In this document: in pieces, positions 19,793-30,247 of the stretch
Layout of the letters: every line of letters begins with the position of its first letter
Position numbering within the stretch: position 1 is the first letter of the stretch
From: Candidatus Latescibacterota bacterium
GTDB taxonomy: Bacteria > Latescibacterota > UBA2968 > GCA-2709665
Reading direction: 5' to 3'
DNA length: 64,000 nt
Assembly (NCBI GenBank): GCA_965208835.1
Contig: OZ242358.1
Coordinates: 192,001 to 256,000, forward strand
Made by a program: the position numbers and the translations under genes
The notes under the pieces: generated by a model
Told to the model about the DNA's origin: nothing
Seen by the model: the letters and a program-made list of their open reading frames with translations, nothing else
Database searches by the model: none

Positions 19793-22153
19793 ATGTTCTG
19801 GAATTACCTCAAGGTGGCATATCGGAATCTGCTTCGGCACCCGCTCTATGCCGCGATCAACGTGGTGGGTCTGGGCATAGCGATAGCGTTCTGCGTGCTG
19901 GCGTTCCTCTATGTGCGATACGAATGGACCTACGATGGTTTCCATGAGAACGCGGATCGGATTTACAGGGTTTATGTGGAAGATGACCGAGAGCGAAGTA
20001 TGTCCGGCGCACCGTCCGCATTGGCGCCGGCGATGGGGGAGGCGCATCCGGATGTTCGCATCGCGCGAATTGATTTTGATTGGAAATACCGATTCATTCA
20101 ACACCGAGGTACGAAGATACCGGAAACGATATACGTTGCAGATCCCGACATATTCGAAGTGTTCTCCTTTCCATTTCTGAAAGGGGACCCGGCGACGGCA
20201 CTTACGGATCCGCAGAGTGTCGTCATTACCGATAAGATCGCCGAGAAGTATTTCCAGGGTGAGGATCCGATTGGCAAGACACTATCAATCCAGACCGGTG
20301 ATGGCGCAAATGCCGGCATCCGGGATTTAACGGTTACGGGAATAGTCGAGTCGATCCCAAAGAATTCGAGTATTCGATTCGGATTTCTTACCAGGCTTGT
20401 TGTTACAGGCAATGAACCCATACGGTGGAAACACAGATTATTCGGAACCTACCTATTGCTGCCAGACGACGTTAACCCCTCCGAATTCGAGCGGCGGTTG
20501 AAAGATCTCGTGTCGAATTGGCCCAAAAGCCCAATATGGGAGAAATTAAAACTGCAGCCGCTTCGAGATATCCATTTCGATGCCATGGGCGTCGAACGTC
20601 GTCCGAGGGGCAATCCTGTTTATTCATACATCTTGGCAGGTATCGCAATGCTAGTGCTGGTCATAGCCTCGGTCAATTATACGAATCTTTCGGTGGGCAG
20701 GTCATTCTCTCGTTTTCGGGAAGTTGGAATTCGCAAAGTGGCCGGAGGTCTGCGAACCCAACTGGCGATGCAGTTCCTGGCGGAATCCGTACTGCTGACC
20801 TTGATCGCGCTCGGTCTTGGACTGGCGCTGGCCGAACTGTTCATGCCCGGCTTCAACAACCTGACCCGAATGGAGTTTTCTCATTCAGATCTGACGGATT
20901 CGACCGCTCCCGGTTTTCTGATTGTCCTGTTGCTGGTGGTAGGCATCGTTTCGGGCGGCTATCCCGCTTTTTTCGTGTCGAAATTTCTGCCGATTGACGC
21001 GCTTAAAGGGCAGATGAAATTGGAGCGAATGGGCCGCGTTAGACGTATGCTTGTGGTATTCCAGGTTGCGATCTCGGTTTTGTTGGTTGGGTGCACGACT
21101 GTCGTCGGCCGGCAACTGAATCTGATGACGACGAAACCGTTAGGTTTTAGCCCAAAGGACGTTGTTGTCGTCCACAATATGCTTGAGATGGAAGAAAGAG
21201 GTGTTGCCAGAGCCTACGAGGAGGCAGTGCAATCCTACCATACTGTGTTGTCGACCTCAAGAACAGGACACGCTTTCAGCAACAGGGTCCAGAGCTTTAT
21301 AGATGTGAAATTAAACGGCACAATATTGAATGAGGTTGAGATCCTCGACGGTGATCTTGGCTTATTGGAAACACTGGGTATACAGATGAAATCGGGTCGA
21401 GAATTCGAGAGAGAGGGCGACGCCAGGACGTCGTTACTCGTTAACGAGGCCATGGCCGAAAAGCTGGGATGGCAAACGCCTCTTGGAAAGACGCTACGAT
21501 TTGGCAGCGGTAACCGGAAATATACCGTGATCGGCGTGGTCCACAATTTCCACTTTCATTCGGTTCATCGTACCGTCAAGCCTGCTGTGGTACGCCTCAA
21601 TCCACCGACCGTTCGTGAACGAATGCTGATGGTCCGCATCCGACCGGACGACAGGGCGGGAACCGTTCGGTTCATGAAAGAGAAGTGGGAGGAAATGGCG
21701 CCCGACGAAGTGTTTTACTCTTCCTTTCTCAGGGACGACATTGACCGCCAATACCGGGAGGAACGTCGGTGGTTCAAAATCGTGGGCTACGCGACGTTCT
21801 TCGCGGTATTCATCGCCTGCCTGGGCGCTTTCGGGCTGACGTCGCTCACCGTGGCCAGGCGCACCAAGGAAATCGGGATCCGGAAGATTCTGGGCGCGCG
21901 CACGACACGTATCGTCGCCCTGCTGACCCGGGAATACGTGGTCCTCGTCGGTGTCGCCAGTCTGATTGCGTGGCCCGTCACCTTTCTCGTGGGTGAACGC
22001 TGGCTGCAGAATTTCGCGTATCGCGTGGATCCTGGGTTAGGGACTTTTCTGCTGGGGAGCGCGCTCATGCTTCTCGTGGTGCTCCTGGCCGTTAGCCTTC
22101 AGGTCACCCGGGCGGCGCGCGCGAATCCCGTGGACGCGCTCAGATATGAGTGA
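19793..22153 (+). CDS. MacB/FtsX-type ABC transporter permease (permease 3)
   Basis: ATG 19793 (MFWNYLKVAYRNL) after GGGAG; the track's N-terminal extension runs through repeat DNA; ends NPVDALRYE. Confidence 0.93.
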   Translation: MFWNYLKVAYRNLLRHPLYAAINVVGLGIAIAFCVLAFLYVRYEWTYDGFHENADRIYRVYVEDDRERSMSGAPSALAPAMGEAHPDVRIARIDFDWKYRFIQHRGTKIPETIYVADPDIFEVFSFPFLKGDPATALTDPQSVVITDKIAEKYFQGEDPIGKTLSIQTGDGANAGIRDLTVTGIVESIPKNSSIRFGFLTRLVVTGNEPIRWKHRLFGTYLLLPDDVNPSEFERRLKDLVSNWPKSPIWEKLKLQPLRDIHFDAMGVERRPRGNPVYSYILAGIAMLVLVIASVNYTNLSVGRSFSRFREVGIRKVAGGLRTQLAMQFLAESVLLTLIALGLGLALAELFMPGFNNLTRMEFSHSDLTDSTAPGFLIVLLLVVGIVSGGYPAFFVSKFLPIDALKGQMKLERMGRVRRMLVVFQVAISVLLVGCTTVVGRQLNLMTTKPLGFSPKDVVVVHNMLEMEERGVARAYEEAVQSYHTVLSTSRTGHAFSNRVQSFIDVKLNGTILNEVEILDGDLGLLETLGIQMKSGREFEREGDARTSLLVNEAMAEKLGWQTPLGKTLRFGSGNRKYTVIGVVHNFHFHSVHRTVKPAVVRLNPPTVRERMLMVRIRPDDRAGTVRFMKEKWEEMAPDEVFYSSFLRDDIDRQYREERRWFKIVGYATFFAVFIACLGAFGLTSLTVARRTKEIGIRKILGARTTRIVALLTREYVVLVGVASLIAWPVTFLVGERWLQNFAYRVDPGLGTFLLGSALMLLVVLLAVSLQVTRAARANPVDALRYE

Positions 22154-22189
22154 GGGACCGGCGCGCCCTCGCCCCGCTCCTCCCTGGTA

Positions 22190-22640
22190 CGGAGAGAGAA
22201 GCAGCCGGGCTGCCTCTCAGGTATCGATAAGTGCAATCCACGCGGGAATGACCCGATGCTGCAGCAGATCATTCGTCAGCCTGGGGCACCCTTCGACCCT
22301 TCGACACCCTTCGACAAGCTCAGAGCGAGTGCTCAGGGAACAGGCTCGGCTTCTGCGACTCCCCCTCAAGGGGGGAGTGATGCGGAGGTTCAGACGCATG
22401 TGCAAATTGCGATAAATAACGTCGACGTGAAGAGGTATGAGCAAAAGTGGGCAGACAGGAATGTCCGCCCCACCCTCAAATCAGGCTTCCGCTCGTCAGG
22501 CTTTCGGCTTTCTCAGGACGACAGCGGGAAGCATCGTGCTCGGCTACCGGCCATCATGTCATTCAGAGCGGAGTCAAAGATCGCATATCGACGCGTGGTC
22601 ATTGCCTGTGCTGAGCCTGTCGAAGCAAGCTTGTCGAAAT
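22190..22640. repeat. Mosaic REP-like spacer between permeases 3 and 4
   Basis: Stuttered CCCTTCGA x3 before CAAGCTCAG, CTCCCCCTCAAGGGGGGAG palindrome, and boundary element 22449-22490 with a flank shared with 13622-13740. Confidence 0.85.
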
Positions 22641-22757
22641 GCCCGTATTAAGCTTCCCTTCGCGGACGCTTCATAGGCTTGATCGATTCGGTTGCGGCCA
22701 GGCATAGCAAAGCAGCGCCAGGTAGATGTGAAAGAACAAAGACTAAGGAGTCAACTG

Positions 22758-25364
22758 ATGTTCTGGAATTACTTCAAGGTGGCATATCGGAATTTGTTAC
22801 GGCACCCGCTTTATGCCGCGATCAACGTGGTTGGTCTGGGCATCGCTATATCATTCTGCCTGCTTGCCTACCTGTTCGTGCGATACGAGTGGACCTACGA
22901 TGGCTTTCACGAAAACGCCGATAGGATCTATCGGGTCTACGCGGAATTTGAAGGCAGCATAACTTCAGAAGATACACCACGGGAATTGGGGCCTGCGTTG
23001 TCGGAAGCGCTGCCGGACGTCCATTCCGTGAGGATAAATCCCGGATTGCGCATTGTTCATGATCGAGGTCAGACGACGAAGGTAAATATCCTCCAGGCAG
23101 ATCCATCCATTCTCGACGTCTTCTCCTTTCCCCTAATCAAGGGAGACCCTGCCACCGCACTGGTGGCTCCGAACTACGTGGTGATTACCGAAACCATGGC
23201 TGCGAGATATTTCCCAGGACAGGATCCGATCGGAAAGTCGATTTCCGTTCAGGACGTCGAGCCGCTTGTATTGAATTTCGGGGGCGGAGGAGCAGATAAA
23301 GGTGACAACCAACGGACTGGTCAAAAAAAGGGTCCTGCCGGCGCACAGCCGGCCCCGGCGCTCACGGATCATCCCGGCGATGTATCCGGGGCAATGGTTT
23401 TGTCCTTCTCGATAAATCCACCATCTCCTGACACCAGGCAGGAAGCGCAGGAAAAACGTCCGACACAGGAATTGACGGTAACCGGTGTGATCAGGGACAT
23501 TCCCAGGAACTCCACCCTTCGCTTTGACTTTCTCTCCGCCTTAAATCCTGCGGCTCAGAAACGGGAATGGAACACCGTGAGCACTTTCGTCTTGCTGCCC
23601 AAAAATCTAAGCCCCCTGGAAATGGAGCGCCGGCTTGACGGCCTTTCCATACCGTGGCTGAGGAGCCGGCAGCCGGAAAAGCTGAAGCTGCAGGCGCTAA
23701 GAGACATCTACTTTGATTCGGGAGGCATACATACCCAAGTTGGCAGCACCCGCAGAACCAGCCGTCCAGGAAATCCCGCCCACTCGTATATCCTGGCGGG
23801 CATTGCGATGCTCGTACTGGTTGTGGCCGCGGTCAATTATACGAATCTCTCAGTGGGCCGTTCGTTCTCCCGTGCCCGGGAAGTTGGAATGCGCAAGGTT
23901 GCGGGAGGTCTGCGTACCCAACTTGCCAGGCAGTTTCTCGCGGAAGCGGTCCTGCTGACACTGATCGCATTTGCGCTCGGGCTGGCACTCGCCGAATTGT
24001 TCCTGCCGGGTTTCAACAGCCTGGTCAGCAGAAAATTCGCCCTTTCCGATCTGGCGGACTCCGACTCACTTGCATTTCTCTTAGCTATGGCGCTGGCCGT
24101 GGGCATTTGCGCAGGAGGTTACCCGGCTTTGTTCATGTCGGGGTTCATTCCGGTCGATGCGTTGAAGGGGCGGTTCAAGGCGGATCGCATGGGGACCTTC
24201 AGCCGGGCGCTCGTGGTATTCCAATTGGCCATCTCAACGGCGCTGGTGACCTGCATGACCATCGCGTCCATACAAATGGACAAACTGAAATCGAAACCGC
24301 TTGGTTTCGAGCCCGGCCATGTCGTCGTCGTTCGTCTATTCGGGATATTGGGAAGAATGAACCTGGCCAAAGCCTTTGAGGAGGCCGTCCGGCCGTACCA
24401 CTCCGTCTTGAACACGACGAGAACTGGACACGGTTTCAGCAGCTTAATGCGGAGCAGTTCCAACATCGGTTGGAAGGGGACGACACTTGAAGGCGTTGAG
24501 AATATATCCTGTGATACACGCTTCCTCGAGACAATGGGTATAAGGCTACTGGACGGGCGGAATTTCGAACGGGACAGCGATGCGGAGACGTCGGTCATCG
24601 TGAATGAAACGCTCGCCAGGACACTAGGATGGGACGCGCCTCTGGGCGAGTCGATTCGGCTAGGATGGGACGCGCCTCTGGGCGAGTCGATTCGGCTTGG
24701 CAGGAAGGACATGCAGGTTATCGGCGTCGTCAGCGATTTTCACTTCCGGTCCCTTCACCACACCATTGGTCCCGCGGTGCTGCAATTGCAGGCGACCTCG
24801 TCGTCCGGCAGGTCCCTGCCGGACTTCCGGGTCCTGCTGATGATTCGGATTCACCCCGAGAACGTCTTTGACACCCTGGATTTCCTGAGAGAGAAGTGGG
24901 ACGAAATTGTACCAGGTGTTCCCTTTGACCATAATTTCCTGGATGAGGAAATAGACCGTCAGTACAGGGAGGAAGAGAGGTGGTTCAAAATTGCGGGTTA
25001 CGCGACCTTCTTCGCCGTGTTTATTGCGTGCATGGGGGCATTCGGGCTGACGTCGCTCACCGTGGCCAGGCGGACCAAGGAAATCGGGATCCGGAAAACC
25101 CTTGGCGCGCCAACAACACGTATCGTCTCCATGCTGGCCCGGGAATATGTGATCCTCGTCGGCATTGCCGCTGTGATTGCATGGCCTGCCACCTACCTCG
25201 CCGCGGAGCGCTGGCTGCGAGACTTCGCGTATCGCGTGGATCCGGGGCTCGGTATGTTTCTGCTGGGAGGCCTGCTCATGCTTCTCATGGTACTCCTGGC
25301 GGTGAGTCTTCAGGTCACCCGGGCAGCCCGGGCGAATCCCGTGGACGCGTTGCGGTATGAGTGA
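22758..25364 (+). CDS. MacB/FtsX-type ABC transporter permease (permease 4, close paralog of permease 1)
   Basis: ATG 22758 after TAAGGAG; C-terminal part near-identical to permease 1; long periplasmic insertion and a 12-aa tandem duplication. Confidence 0.93.
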   Translation: MFWNYFKVAYRNLLRHPLYAAINVVGLGIAISFCLLAYLFVRYEWTYDGFHENADRIYRVYAEFEGSITSEDTPRELGPALSEALPDVHSVRINPGLRIVHDRGQTTKVNILQADPSILDVFSFPLIKGDPATALVAPNYVVITETMAARYFPGQDPIGKSISVQDVEPLVLNFGGGGADKGDNQRTGQKKGPAGAQPAPALTDHPGDVSGAMVLSFSINPPSPDTRQEAQEKRPTQELTVTGVIRDIPRNSTLRFDFLSALNPAAQKREWNTVSTFVLLPKNLSPLEMERRLDGLSIPWLRSRQPEKLKLQALRDIYFDSGGIHTQVGSTRRTSRPGNPAHSYILAGIAMLVLVVAAVNYTNLSVGRSFSRAREVGMRKVAGGLRTQLARQFLAEAVLLTLIAFALGLALAELFLPGFNSLVSRKFALSDLADSDSLAFLLAMALAVGICAGGYPALFMSGFIPVDALKGRFKADRMGTFSRALVVFQLAISTALVTCMTIASIQMDKLKSKPLGFEPGHVVVVRLFGILGRMNLAKAFEEAVRPYHSVLNTTRTGHGFSSLMRSSSNIGWKGTTLEGVENISCDTRFLETMGIRLLDGRNFERDSDAETSVIVNETLARTLGWDAPLGESIRLGWDAPLGESIRLGRKDMQVIGVVSDFHFRSLHHTIGPAVLQLQATSSSGRSLPDFRVLLMIRIHPENVFDTLDFLREKWDEIVPGVPFDHNFLDEEIDRQYREEERWFKIAGYATFFAVFIACMGAFGLTSLTVARRTKEIGIRKTLGAPTTRIVSMLAREYVILVGIAAVIAWPATYLAAERWLRDFAYRVDPGLGMFLLGGLLMLLMVLLAVSLQVTRAARANPVDALRYE
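24624..24695 (+). repeat. Exact in-frame 36-bp tandem duplication in permease 4
   Basis: CTAGGATGGGACGCGCCTCTGGGCGAGTCGATTCGG x2, encoding LGWDAPLGESIR twice. Confidence 0.95.
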
Positions 25365-25429
25365 TGGCGGCGACCCCTCCTTCAGCCCTTCGGCTCCCAC
25401 AGTATATTAGTCTAAGCCACCGAGAGACG

Positions 25430-25785
25430 GATACATTTCGACGAAGGCCTTAGAAAGTCATGTCATTCAGAGCGCAGCGAAGAATCTCCCGTCTACTCGA
25501 TTGAACGAGCATCGAGCGCCTCAATCAGCCCGTTTGCGCGGACGCTTCCACTGAAGGCAGACAGGAATGTCCGCCCCACCCTCACACCGGCATCCTCAGA
25601 TTGACAGCCTGTGCCGACATCTGACCGATACATTTCGCCAATGGTTATTGCAAAGAGTGTCATTCTGAGCGTAGCCGAAGAATCTCCCGTCTTCTCGATT
25701 GTCCACGAGGTAGAAACCCGCGTAAGCACATGTGCGCGGACGCTTCGCCAGTCGATGTGGAAGATCCAAACAACAGGGAGCCTGT
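25430..25785. repeat. Mosaic REP-like spacer between permeases 4 and 5
   Basis: Two GTCATTC.GAGCG.AGC.(C)GAAGAATCTC units and the boundary element at 25556-25595. Confidence 0.85.
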
Positions 25786-25787
25786 CG

Positions 25788-27711
25788 ATGTTCTGGAATT
25801 ACCTCAAGGTGGCATATCGGAATCTGCTTCGGCACCCGCTCTATGCCGCGATCAATGTGGTGGGGCTGGGTATCGCGATAGCATTCTGTGTGTTGGCATA
25901 TCTGTATGCGCGTCACGAGTGGACCTACGACGCGTTTCACGAAAACGCCGATCGGATTTACAGGATCTATGCGGAGAATGACCGGGGACGAAGTATGTCG
26001 GGCGCTCCCGCCGCATTGGCGCCACTGTTGGCTGAGGCGCTTCCCGATCTTCGTATCGTGAGAATTAAGAGTCGATACCGCTTCATTCAATACCAAGGTA
26101 CGACGATAGAGGAAAGGATTCATCTCGTAGATCCCGCTGTTCTCGAAGTATTCTCCTTTCCTCTTCTGAAAGGGGATCGAGCAACCGTGCTGAACGACCC
26201 GCACAGTATCGTAATTACGGAGAATATGGCCGAAAAGTATTTCCCGGGTGAAGACCCGATGGGAAAATCGCTTACAATCCAGACTGGTGATGACCCAGAT
26301 GCCAGCATCCGTGAACTGAGGGTTACCGGGATAGTTGAGTCGGTCCCCAAGAATTCGAGTATTCGCTTTGGGTTTCTTTCCAGGCTTGATCTCTCGGCCA
26401 CCGATCCCAGAATGAAGCATAGATTGTTTACAACCTACTTATTGCTCCCTGAGAATTCGCGCCCGTCTGAAGTCCAGAGGCGATTGAAGGATCTCGTGTC
26501 AACATTGCCCAAGAGTCCAATTTGGAAAGAATTGAAACTGCAACCACTTCGTGATATTCACTTCAATACAAGGGGCGTTGGATTTGGGTCTGCGGCTAAT
26601 CCTGTCTATTCATACATCCTGGCGTGCATTGCATTGCTTGTGCTCGTGATTGCCGCGGTCAATTATACAAACCTATCCGTAGGCAGGTCATTCTCTCGTG
26701 TTCGGGAAGTTGGAATCCGCAAAGCGGCGGGGGGTCTGCGAACGCAACTGGCAATGCAGTCCCTGGCGGAATCTGTACTGCTGACATTGATCTCGCTCGG
26801 GCTTGGAATTGCGCTGGCCGAACTGTTCATGCCGGGCTTCAACAGCTTGACCCAAAAGGAGTTTTCACTTTCCGAACTGGCGGATTCGACCGCCCCCGGT
26901 TTTCTGATTGTCCTGTTGTTGGTCGTCGGGATCGTATCGGGAGGTTATCCCGCCTTTTTCGTGTCGAAATTCCTGCCGGTTGATGCGCTTAAAGGGCAGA
27001 TGAAATTGGAACGAACAGGCCGCATTAGACAGGTACTCGTGGTATTCCAGGTTGCGATCTCAATTGTATTGGTTGGGTGCACGACAATAGTAGCCCGGCA
27101 GTTGAACCTGATGACGACGAAGCCGTTGGGTTATAATCCGAATCATGTTCTGGTAGTCTTTAATATGCATAAATTGGGTTACGCAGGGTACAAGACCTAT
27201 CAGCAGATCGCGCGGGCATACCATGCCGTGTTGAAGGCGTCGGGAACAGGGCACGTTTTTAGCAACATGGTTCAGAGCTGGATCGATGTAAAATCAGACG
27301 GCACCTTGTTGAAAGACGTCCAGATTTTTGATGGTGAAATTGGCCTACTGCAAACCCTCGGTATACGACTTAAATCGGGTCGGGCCTTTGAGAGAGCGGG
27401 TGACGCACGTACGTCTGTTCTCGTAAACGAAGCCCTGGTTGAGAAATTGGGATGGAAAGCGCCTCTGGGTAAGACACTCGGGTTGGGTACCGGTGGCCGT
27501 AAATTGACGGTGATAGGCGTGGTTCATAATTTCCACTTTCAATCACTGCATCATCCTGTAAAACCTGCCGTTATGCTTCTTTTTCGTCATCCGAGGTCTT
27601 CTCCTCCACGAATGCTGATGCTTCGGATCCGTCCGGACGATAGTGCTGGTACCGTTCGTTTCCTGGAAGAGAAATGGAAGGAAATGGCGCCCGACCATGA
27701 GTTTTATTATT
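25788..27711 (+). pseudogene. Truncated MacB/FtsX permease (permease 5, paralog of permease 3) interrupted by an IS
   Basis: Colinear with permease 3 up to EMAPDHEFYYS, then runs into the IS inverted repeat at 27712; the last FtsX domain and NPVDALRYE are absent. Confidence 0.9.
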
Positions 27712-27732
27712 CGCGAATACAAGATATGGGCT

Positions 27733-29283
27733 TTAGGGTTTGGGGTCAAGGCGCAATTGAGGCTGCGATAGTCCGCGTCCAACGGCGCCGGGCGTATCGA
27801 AGCGTTTGCCTTCGAATATGTCCTGCACGGTCAACAGCTGGAGCGCAGGATACGCGGCTTGCCCGATACGCACGTCTCCCGCCTTGCCCATCTCCCGCTT
27901 GAAGTTCTGTGTTTTGCGCTCTCCAAGCGGTTCCAGAACGATCAGACCGCCCATCATGGCGAGGTCGTTTTCCAGAACGCCATGTAGGGCGCGCAGGTCA
28001 CGGATACCGACATTCTTGCCGCCCTTCACTTCGATAGCCATGCTCTGGAGATCCGGCTTGCCCGGACAATCGAAATACAACCGCCCATCGATACCGCCGT
28101 CCGCCGTCCGCTTGGTGGTCACAAAGCCGTCTACTTCCTCAACCGCCCACTTCTGGAAGTGGTATGTGTCGCGCTCCCACAGATGCCGTGCGCCTTCCAG
28201 ATTGCGAGGCACGCCTTCAATCGTGAAATCTTCGTTTTCGACCAAAGCCAGCTTGTCACGCAATCGAAGCGCGGCAACTCGCTTGATTGCGTGAATTGCA
28301 ATATCAATTCCGATCCATCGCCGTTTGTGGATATGAGCTGCCTCAAGCGTTGTAGCGCATCCACAGAACGGATCAAAGACCACATCGCCCTCGTTTGTAC
28401 TGGCCCTGATGATGCGCTCCAGCAATTGCATGGGCTTTTGAGTCCGGTATCCCAGACGTTCCTTTGCCGATTGATTCAGTATACCTATATCAGACCACCA
28501 ATCTTCAAGCACAACGCCTTTTTTTTCGTCCAAGTAGTCACGCACCACTAAGTCCGGTCGCTCGGTTTCCCATTTAAGATCAACGTCTTTCGCGGAGCGT
28601 ATCGGACTACCTGTAATTCCCCGTCCCTGCAACCGGTACAAGCGCCCGTTTTCGTCTTTGTGCTTGTATTTGGCAACCGTCACGGGAGAAAGCGGGCGCA
28701 TGACGTTCTCGTGATTGAACCTGTATTGCTCTCCGTTAGAATAGAACAGGATGCAATCGTGTTTTTTGCCAAAGTACCGCTTCGGTTGTGGTCTGGTCTT
28801 GTAGCACCAGACAATTTCATTTCGGAAATTCGAGTGTCCAAAAATCCCATCCATCATGACCTTGATATAATGGCTTGCGGTGGGATCGCAGTGGAGAAAG
28901 ACCGATCCAGTCGGCTTGAGGATCGATCTCAAATGAAGCAACCGCTCCACCATGTAAGACAGATACGCCAAAAGCCGGGGATTAGTCTCCCGCAAGGCGT
29001 TCATCCACAGCCGCCAGAAAGCCGCTACACTGTCTTCTATGCCCGCTTCGCGCATCAGCACGGGCATGGCGCGGATCGCCCGCTCTCGTTCCTCGTCGAG
29101 CGTCCACAGGTCGCAGAAAGCGTCTATCTGATCCGGGAGCGGTCGTCCGGTTTCATCTTTGTAAATCTGATTGTATTCTCGGTTGGAGTTGAAGGGAGGG
29201 TCAAGGTAAATCAGGTCTACGCTATTTGACCGCATATATTCCTGCATCACGGTCAGGCAGTCCCCATAATAGAGGCGGTTCAT
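27733..29283 (-). CDS. Beta-class N6/N4 DNA methyltransferase fused to a C-terminal Mrr-like PD-(D/E)xK domain
   Basis: LYYGDCL, catalytic LDPPF, YRTQKP..LLERII, SAM motif FDPFCGCATT; C-terminal FQKWAV..DGGIDG..IEVKGG; ATG overlaps the transposase stop (ATGA). Confidence 0.88.
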   Translation of the reverse strand: MNRLYYGDCLTVMQEYMRSNSVDLIYLDPPFNSNREYNQIYKDETGRPLPDQIDAFCDLWTLDEERERAIRAMPVLMREAGIEDSVAAFWRLWMNALRETNPRLLAYLSYMVERLLHLRSILKPTGSVFLHCDPTASHYIKVMMDGIFGHSNFRNEIVWCYKTRPQPKRYFGKKHDCILFYSNGEQYRFNHENVMRPLSPVTVAKYKHKDENGRLYRLQGRGITGSPIRSAKDVDLKWETERPDLVVRDYLDEKKGVVLEDWWSDIGILNQSAKERLGYRTQKPMQLLERIIRASTNEGDVVFDPFCGCATTLEAAHIHKRRWIGIDIAIHAIKRVAALRLRDKLALVENEDFTIEGVPRNLEGARHLWERDTYHFQKWAVEEVDGFVTTKRTADGGIDGRLYFDCPGKPDLQSMAIEVKGGKNVGIRDLRALHGVLENDLAMMGGLIVLEPLGERKTQNFKREMGKAGDVRIGQAAYPALQLLTVQDIFEGKRFDTPGAVGRGLSQPQLRLDPKP

Positions 29284-30173
29284 GCGAAACACCCGCGCAT
29301 GAACGAATCAAAAGCCTGTTCATTCTTCCGGTTGTTATACTTCCAGCAGGTTTCAGCGACATACAGGGGCGTAAAGTGCTTGGAATAGTGATGATGGGAA
29401 CCATACCATGCCCGCTTCAGCAGACTCCAGACGCCTTCAATCGTATTCGTGTGAACGCCATTGCGGGCATACTCTTTGGCGTGGTCAATGACTTGATGGT
29501 GGTACTTCTCGGAAGCCGCGTTATACGCCTTGTAGGCGTCCGTCATCAATACCGAACCATCGGGATCGACCGCGTTCTTGATGAACGCCATAACGCCACG
29601 ACCGGACAGATCGTCTGCAACCTGCGCGACAACCTTGCCGCCTCGCTCAACAACGCCAATTATCGGGGTCTTTTTCGTTCCGCGTCCGCGTTTGTTCGGG
29701 GGGGGGGTACCGTTACCAGAATTACGCTTGTTCCGCTTGCGAGGCTTGCCGCCTACATACGTTTCGTCCGCCTCAACAATGCCCTGCAACAGCAGGAAAC
29801 CCTGTTTGCTGGCCATCTCGGAACGAATACGCTGCTGGACGTAAAGGGCGGTCTGTTGAGTCAACCCCACGTCCCGCGCCAGCTGTGGGCTTGATACGCT
29901 CTTTTTCGCGTTCAGCATGATACCGATAGCCATGAACCATTTTTGCAGGTCGATCTTGGTTTTCTGGAAGATCGTTCCAGACAGGACGTTAAAGCTGGAT
30001 TTGCAGGAATGACAGTTCCAGCGTCCTATCCGCTCCCCGTCATTCTTGCGCTTACACTCTCCGACTACGCCACACAACGGGCAAAAGGGCTCATCGCCGA
30101 ACCGTACCCGCTCCAAGAATTCAATGCAGGATTCCTGTGTCGGGTATTTGCGGAAAATCTGGTGAAGGTTCAT
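29280..30173 (-). CDS. IS1595/ISXO2-family transposase
   Basis: Zn ribbon CPLC..CHSC, TIFQKTK.DL.KWF, VEADETYVGG, LMTD...AY, HTNTIEGVWSLLKR; ATG 30173 after GGAGAG. Confidence 0.95.
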   Translation of the reverse strand: MNLHQIFRKYPTQESCIEFLERVRFGDEPFCPLCGVVGECKRKNDGERIGRWNCHSCKSSFNVLSGTIFQKTKIDLQKWFMAIGIMLNAKKSVSSPQLARDVGLTQQTALYVQQRIRSEMASKQGFLLLQGIVEADETYVGGKPRKRNKRNSGNGTPPPNKRGRGTKKTPIIGVVERGGKVVAQVADDLSGRGVMAFIKNAVDPDGSVLMTDAYKAYNAASEKYHHQVIDHAKEYARNGVHTNTIEGVWSLLKRAWYGSHHHYSKHFTPLYVAETCWKYNNRKNEQAFDSFMRGCFA

Positions 30174-30218
30174 GTTGTCTCTCCGGTGGGGGTTATGTGT
30201 TGTGTCCCTGTTACTTAC

Positions 30219-30247
30219 AATATAACACAATCCGCCCACCTTGTCAA
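30219..30247 (-). promoter_or_regulatory. Sigma-70-type promoter of the IS operon
   Basis: Minus strand TTGACA (30247-30242), 17-nt spacer, TG-extended TATATT (30224-30219); the -35 box overlaps the inner edge of the IR. Confidence 0.75.

Noticed and set aside
13920-25364. macB macrolide-resistance call
   Set aside because: No fused ATPase or MacA; the family fold does not specify the substrate.
15880-25370. Diversity-generating retroelement TR/VR pair in near-identical 3' ends of paralogs
   Set aside because: No reverse transcriptase in the window, both copies are coding, and mismatches are not adenine-specific.
27712-27902. Novel C-terminus of permease 5
   Set aside because: It is read-through into the IS inverted repeat and the antisense strand of the MTase.
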